Shown in pieces: positions 57,080 through 64,000 of a DNA stretch of 64,000 nt. This DNA comes from Guillardia theta CCMP2712 (lineage: Eukaryota; Protista; Cryptophyta). Position numbers and translations under genes: made by a program. The notes below the pieces were generated by a model that was not told the origin of the DNA, searched no databases, and saw only the letters and a list, made by a program, of their open reading frames with translations. Numbering within the stretch: position 1 is the stretch's first letter; every line of letters starts with the position of its first letter. The DNA is taken from contig NW_005434651.1 in NCBI RefSeq assembly GCF_000315625.1, positions 634,218 to 698,217 of the forward strand, read 5' to 3'.

Positions 57080-59141
57080 ATGCCGAGGAAGAGAAAACGA
57101 ATTACAGATGATTCAGACAACGGTCAAGAAATAAGTTATTCAAAACCATTCACGAGAGTCGTCAAATGTGGGTTATACTCGAGACTCAAGGTAGAGAACA
57201 GATCGATTTTAGACGTGATCGACAGATGGGTATTACATATCAGTCAGATCACATCAAGAGGCAGTATGATATTCAACTGTTTTCTGATATGGGGCAGGGA
57301 TACAGGGAATTTACGATATGTAGTAGATGAAATCAAGAGAGCCAAATCGACCTTTTTCTGGAATGTTTTTACACTTGGAATGGAACAACATAGCCGTACA
57401 GATAACAAGTATCCAACTCTACAACGTTTCTGGTCAGAGAAAAGACATCTTTTCGTTGATTTATGTAGAATTCGAGGAGACTCGCAAGCTATTGTATTCG
57501 CTGCAAATCAATATGGAACGAATTTCTACCAAGACCTGAAAGCAAATTTTACAAACCGATTGGAAAAGTTCATTGCCGAATTCTGCAAAGGAGAGTTACA
57601 TATTAACCATCAGCAAGAAATCGAAGACGTGAAGAATGTATTGTTTCAAAGGAAAGATTACGAGTTGAAGACAGAAGTGTTTAACAGGAATAATTCACAG
57701 CAGATAGGAACCTTCATCGACCATATGAAACAACTAATTGGATTATCGGGGGACGAAGATCTTTTTAGTTTCAAATATGACAAATTTGATCATAGGTTGC
57801 AGAAAAATCTGTTTGAGATAATCGAGACACACATGTTCATGTTGAAGTTCTTCGAAGATCGTGGTCTCTCGAAAAAAACATTCAAGGCAGCACCAATGTC
57901 GAAATTCGGCAGAAAACATCTAACAATCGATAATGATGTGATGTATTACATTTTGAAAGAAGCGAACAGTTTGAAACCGGGAGAAGATAAAAAATCGTTC
58001 ATGAGAATAGATCAAACTTTGGAGAACTCTAGGAATTTCAGAAGGATTTTCGACTGTTCGAATCTGTTCAGAGATCAGAGAGAGGAGATTACAAGTATCA
58101 CGACAGACGGTGTATCGGTTTGTTTTCGATTCACGCTGATTGTCAAAACAATCGATGGACTCGAACAGGAACCTTCATTGCGCACTACCAAATGGCTTGC
58201 CGATAGAAAAAGGGCTGAACGGAAATCGGCGAAGAAGATATCAATTTCATACAAAGTATTACATGAAAATTCAGAATACCAAAGAGAGATCGAAGAATGT
58301 AAAAATTGCCCAAGGGTAATTGCGATCGACCCTGGGAGGAGCGTCATTATATCGGCCGTCGAACAATTCAGAGATGATCAACAAATAATCAGAAAAAGAT
58401 TTCAGTTTTCGAGAAAACAATATTATCACGAGTCACATCTGAATCGCAATAAAAAGAAAAGAAAGACGTGGGATCAAGATATTCAATCGACATTGCACTA
58501 TCTCAAGGGGTTCTCGAGTAAGTCTGGCGGCAGTCTATCAAGATTCGAAGACTATCTTCTTGCAGTTACAAGGCATTGGGAGGAGTTAACTTCGCATTAT
58601 TCAAAGCGAAAATACGCCAGGATGAAATTCGACATCTACATTTCGAAACGAAAGTCAGTCGACAGGTTTATCCGTACAATGAAAGGAAAGGGAGAAATAG
58701 AACCTGTTATCGCATATGGAAATGCAAGGTTCCCGTCTACAGGACGTCGAGGAGAAAGGCCTGTACCGGTCAGGTGGATAAGAAGAAGATTCGAGGATCA
58801 CTACAGAGTCGTAGATGTTGACGAATACCGTACTACCAAGTGCTGTAACGATTGTGGTTCTGAGCTCGATGTGCTTCGACGGATTGAAAATACAGGGAAA
58901 GAACCAGACGAGACCTGTAGGTTGAAAACAAGGAAAAGTGAAGTACGAGGATTGAAATTTTGCAGATCATCGAGGTAATGTCAAGTTTTGTATACTCCTG
59001 TAATTCACCTTTTCATCTAACTGTTATCGTGACAGCTGTAAAGGAAAGCCGATCAAATCCAGGGACTTGAATGCTGCACTGAATATACTCACTTGTTTCA
59101 ATGTGTTTCCTGAAAGACCGAATCACCTACGTCGCCCCTGA
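57080..59141 (+). CDS. Fanzor (eukaryotic TnpB-family RNA-guided endonuclease, Fanzor1-like), 666 aa; exons 57080-58974 and 59036-59141
   Basis: RuvC-I VIAIDPG; IAYGNA; RuvC-II VDEYRTTKCCNDC; VRGLKFCRSS|SC zinc ribbon; RuvC-III SRDLNAALNI in exon 2; terminal RPNHLRR; N-terminal NLS-like PRKRKR. Intron gtaatg...tctaac...gacag is 61 nt. Confidence 0.93.
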
Positions 59142-59339
59142 GGTGAATTCAATGATTGTTGTCGCCCCCTCCCTACCCAGACTGCGTCCCTCGGGACTCG
59201 ATGCCTAATTCCCTGCCTGCCTGCCTGCCCGGTGCCTGCCTCCATTATGATCCGATGTTTACGACATGTGATCATTGAAGTGACTGACTGGCATCATTTG
59301 GTAGGATTCATGTAAGGCTCCAACAACATCCGAAGACAA

Positions 59340-59530
59340 TTTGGCAAAAAAAACAACTGCCGTTGTATGACGGAGAGTCGCGGCTCTCAATCATACGACG
59401 GCAGTTCTGTGCGAAAACTTAGTTCGTCGTTCAGAAGGGTATTCACATATTCCGTCACATCATGAGGAGAGTACCCGTGGTAGATAGATTCGTGGCGTTT
59501 ATCTATTATTGCTTGTCAGATAACCTGCTG
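59340..59530 (+). ncRNA. Candidate Fanzor omega-RNA scaffold/guide
   Basis: Consecutive hairpins at 59355-59406, 59405-59436, 59437-59476 and 59481-59505, each with G-U pairs on the + strand. Confidence 0.6.
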
Positions 59531-59826
59531 CCATCCCAATTTCTCTGAGGCGAATCTGTCGAAATAAAGGGGGTAGGTGGGGTTATTTCTCCTACAGGGG
59601 TAGGTACTAAAGGAATGGATGGGGTAGTACAGAAAGTATTGAGATGCTATTCATATGGGTAGGGGTAAGTACCCCTATCATCATTTCTCTATGGTTGTTG
59701 CTATAAAGGATTTTCCCATAGGGGTAGGGTCATTCTTTCACCACCCCAGCTGAGAACCAGGGTCAGAGCGCCTAGTAGAGGGGGTAGGGGTGAGGGTGCG
59801 GGGGTGACGGCAGGGATTCATCAGGG

Positions 59827-62800
59827 ATGGACTACGAGTTCATGGGCGGTAAGCGGTCGGACTATGGCGCCATCGAGCAGGTGAGGAGGAGGAAGGAGGA
59901 GGGACACGGAATCATATCATGGACATGCAAAGATCTGAGCCGCGCCAGAGGGAAGAAAGTTTCTTGTCGGCATGCACAGACCTGTCACGACCCTGACCAC
60001 GTTGATGATGTGTCACTCGACCTGCCGTGATCTTGACAAGTTACTTGACGTAGTAACATGCTTGATGGTTGTTTCTTGCCTGTCCTGTATGTGATCTGAT
60101 GCTGGGAAAGCTTTGAGCTCCCCCAACGGTGATGTGAGATGAGCTTGCCACGTGGTAGTGATGACGAGCCGTTGCGAAAAGCTCCATGGCGGTGATCCCT
60201 CCCTGTGTGAGCGAGAAGGACGGCCTCTCCTCGCCTCTGGAAAAAGCGAACTTGATATGTCTGCCACCTTCATGTTCTGCTATCGCATCATGATGTCCAC
60301 TTGCCCTTCTGAATGTTTCGGAAATAGATGGAAGGGCAAAGGAGCGCTGGGCAGCGGAGCGCCGGAAGCTCGTCAAAGAGAAAAAGTGGAGGGCGAGGAA
60401 GCTCGACTGAACACGGCTTTCTAGCCGAGATGGGACTTGGATGCGGTCCCAACACCTGGAAGACGACGACGGTGTGCGTCTGCTTCTTCATAGGGATCAC
60501 GATCATGGTGACCGCCTGGATGGACACTTGCGTCCCTTTCTGCGGAGCCAAGGAGAAGAAGTCCGGGCTGTGGAAGGATGCATGGAAGAACCAGACCATT
60601 CCGAGCGACATGCAGAGCTCCATGGACACGTCGGTCGACCCTTGCGACGACTTCTACAAGTTTGCATGCGGGGGGTTCATCGACAACACTGGGATCAAGC
60701 CCGATCAGGCTGGCAACGATGATGGAGGGAGGGCTGCTGGTGACGTGGTTGTCCAGGTGGAGTGGGCGAAGGCATGGGATGGAGTTGAGAGCAGGATCAG
60801 CAAGGAGCTCAGGTCTGCTGTTGAGAAGGATACGGGCAAGGTGATTCCCCCCTCCTCCTCTTCCTCCTCCTCTTCCTCCTCCTCCTCATCTTGACATTGC
60901 CATCAGGCTGGCACGTTTTTCCGCGCCTGCATGGATACCAAGACGATCGAGTCCCTTGGAGCAACTCCTCTCAAGGTGGTCTCGACATCTTGACTCGTTC
61001 TGGTTGCTAACGGTCGATCCAGCCATACCTGGACATGATTGACGGCATCAACACACATGATGATCTTGTTGCCGCCATTGCAAAGCTCCAGGTTATACTG
61101 CAAGTTGTCTTCCTCCTTTGGAAATCTCTGAGCCTCTTGCAGAAAATCAGTGTGGCTGTGTACTTCGATTGGCAGGTTGGTCATCTCAAAATCTAACAAT
61201 GGAATGGGAATTGGAATGATAATGATGATGACGATGACGATGATAACTATGCCTCTGAAGATGCTGAAGATATTTTTCTTCATAGGTGATGGCGGATCCA
61301 ACGGATCCAACGAGATACGTTTTTGCCATCCTTGACTCTGGCCTCACTCTCCCCGATGTGAAATGATCTTGTTGTGTAACGGGCCAATCTGAATCCGCAA
61401 GCCAGGCAAAGATGTACACTGATTCATCTCCAGAGTTTGAAAAGATCAGAAGGCAGTACAAGAAAGTGAGAGAGGAGAAGGTTTCCCATCTGTGATCTAA
61501 CTCAAAAATGCTGCAGGTTGTAGAGAGAGTTTTGCAGCTTACGGGCTTGAATCCAGTGCAGGCAGAACAATCATGGGCCCCTTCTTTCAGTCTCTGAAAT
61601 GAACTTGGCAGGCGAAGGCTGCCGCCGCTGATGCCTTGTCCGTGGAGACAGCAATAGCAAAGGTAAGAGGAAGGGTGCAGATATTGTACCTTCATCGCTC
61701 TTCTCCTACTTCTCATCCCTCCTCTAATCGCTTCTCTGCTCCTCAATGTTCCCCACTCTCCTATTGATGCTCTTGCAGCACACTCTTCCGGACGATCTTC
61801 TCCGAACGGCTAAAGCTAAACATTACAACATGGCCGACCTGAACAAACTCGGTGCTTTCCTTGTCGCCCAACCCGATTGCTGGTCCTGACCTATTTGCCA
61901 GCTCCCAAGCTTGGCTTTCCTACCATCATCAAGTTGATGGGAGGGCCCCACGTCGGCAAGACAACAGACAACATACTGTGCAAGGATTCCCAATTCCTCG
62001 AGGTAAACGCTACTGTACCGCTTCAGCCTTGTCACGCTGCCGCCGACAGGGTCTCTCGTCGATCATGTCGAGCCCAACCTTCTGGGCCCACAAGGCGTAC
62101 CTTCGTTTCAAGGTCTCACCCTGTGGAGGCAGGAGGGAGAGGCTCTGATGGCGCCCGCCAGGTTGCCTACGGACTCGGTTCCGACCTCTCGTCGGAGTTT
62201 CTCAAGCAAGGACTTGAGGTCTTCACTGACGACGACCGGACGGCCCAGGCTGACTTGCTGAGTCTGACGCAGGTCGGGCACATTCTGACCGGAGTTATGC
62301 ACGAGACGCCAAGGTGGCGCAAGTGCTACGACAGTACAAAGAGCAACCTTCCAGATGAGGTGAGGGGCCAAGGCTGAAGGATGAAACATCCCCCACCTCG
62401 CCCTCCTCGCCCCTCCGCCTTCTCGTTGTGACTTACCTTTCCGCCTGAAACACCTGCGATTCCTCTTTGTTGCCTTTCCTTGTCGTGATTCTTCTTCTCC
62501 CCCCCCTCCCTCCCTCCCTCCCTCCCTCCCTCCCTCCCTCCCTCCCTCCCTCCCTCATTCATTTCCTCCCTGTTGACCTCCTGCTCTCTGACTTGAAGAT
62601 TCAGGTCGCCAAGATATTCGTCAAGAAATACCTTCCCAAGCAGAACATCGATGTGGCGGAGGAGATGCTGCAGAGCATTCGATTGCAATTCAAGAAGGTA
62701 GGGAGAAGAGAAGCACTGAGGAGCAGGAGCAGGACGAGAGAGGCAAGGGAAAGAACAGCAAGGGACCTTGGAGGAGGGACGGATTGAACAGGGAGAGGGA

Positions 62801-64000
62801 GGGATGGAGGGAGGAAGGGATGGAGGGAAGGGAAGGGAAGGGAAGGGAAGGGAGAGACAGAGAGACAGAAGGAGGAGGAGGAGAGGAGGAGGTGTATTGA
62901 AGAGGTTTGCAGGTCATGGCAAATGAAGATTGGATGGAGCCTGCGACCAGAAAGCTGGCGATCCAGAAGCTCGACAACATGTTCATCCAGGTGATACACC
63001 CTCCTCCTTTCCGCCCCTCCTTCCTCTCGTTTCATCCTCCTCATCCCCTCCTCCCTCCTCCCTCCTCCCTCCTCCCTCCTCCCTCCTCCCTCCTTCCTAT
63101 TTCTTGTTCTCCTCCTACCCCCCACCTCCTCCCTCTTCCTCTCTCCTTCTCTCCTCCTCTCGTTGCTCCTCATTTCGTCCCGTTGTGTCTGATTTGCCTT
63201 GGGCTCTATCAGGTGGGGCACGGCAAGTGGCAGGACTATGACTTCGCCGTCACCGAACATTCTTTCCTCAACAACACCAACAATGCGAAGAGATGGATTA
63301 TTCAAAGTCAGTCCTTCTCTACATCATCTTGCTCCTGCTCCTGCTCCTGCTTCTGCTCCTCTTCCTGCTCCTGCTCCCATTCATTCTGATCCCTTCCCTT
63401 CTCTTCCTGCTGCTGCTACTTTTGCTGTTGTTCGTAATCCTCGTCATTCATCCTGCTCTGTCTGCTCCTCGCCCTTCTCGTCCACTCTCATCCTTCTCTT
63501 CCTCTCTCACTACCTCTGCAGGAGCCATCGAGCGTCTCGCCAAGCCTGTAGACCGAGAGCGATGGGGCAGCATGGACCCGACGCAGGTCGACGGCTCCTA
63601 CGCGCGCCAGGTGAAGCAGCTAGTGACCGATAAGAGGAGGGGAGGCAGCTCGCGATCAGCTGGAGAGGGAGCATGGTGGAGGCGGAAGAGGACGAGGGGA
63701 GGGAGGGGAGAGGCGGGGAGGAGGGAGAGAGGAGAAGGAGGAGGAGCTGAGAAGCGTTCAGGTGAACGGCGTGTTTGTTCCCGGAGATCTGCTGCAGTTG
63801 GATGCACTGCTACGTCAACGAGAGGCTACTCTCCTGTATAGGTCGAGCGTGGGCTTCATCATCGGTCCTCTGCAGGAAGCGAACCTTGTACAAAAGTGCC
63901 TTGGCCACTTATGGATCTGTTAGACCACCTGAGGGGAGTAAAGAGAAGGTCACATGGGAGAATTCTGTTCCTCTGGTTCGGCTATGGGACACAGTGGGGA
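59827..64000 (+). CDS. Peptidase M13 (neprilysin/ECE-like) type II membrane protein; multi-exon, continues past window
   Basis: TM anchor then MDTSVDPCDDFYKFACGGF, FFRACMD, PRWRKC, WMEPATRKLAIQKLDNM, KPVDRERW. Confidence 0.92.

Larger units (their letters stand above)
56952..59530 (+). mobile_element. Putative Fanzor-carrying element without a transposase; ends uncertain
   Basis: Markedly AT-rich, intron-poor block inserted between two divergent host genes; structured 3' flank; no clear TIR or TSD seen. Confidence 0.5.

Noticed and set aside
57080-58978. Fanzor as a truncated pseudogene
   Set aside because: A canonical 61-nt intron restores the missing zinc ligand and RuvC-III in frame
56940-59600. 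Terminal inverted repeats or target-site duplication around the Fanzor
   Set aside because: Only matches of about 7 bp were seen (GACGGAA/TTCCGTC), which is not significant

Overview
Intron-rich eukaryotic nuclear DNA with GC-rich exons, short GT-AG introns and many microsatellite-filled introns. Bipartite signal+'VSA-F' plastid presequences and the gene style suggest a cryptophyte such as Guillardia theta (inference). About 18 host protein genes and one tRNA-Ala are recognisable. The standout is an AT-rich Fanzor (eukaryotic TnpB-family RNA-guided nuclease) gene at 57080-59141. Its last RuvC aspartate is restored only by splicing a 61-nt intron, and a run of G-U-containing hairpins follows it (candidate omega-RNA). 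Other notable items: a probable single AIG1-like GTPase/class-3 lipase/helical-domain gene of atypical composition; a plastid-targeted selenocysteine glutathione peroxidase with a non-canonical (UUGA) SECIS; a proteobacterial-type asd with introns; and recurrent intergenic motifs (TTGAGTAAA, GGGGTAG blocks, GC-rich islands). Boundaries of multi-exon genes are approximate, and family assignments come from motif recognition by eye, not database searches.
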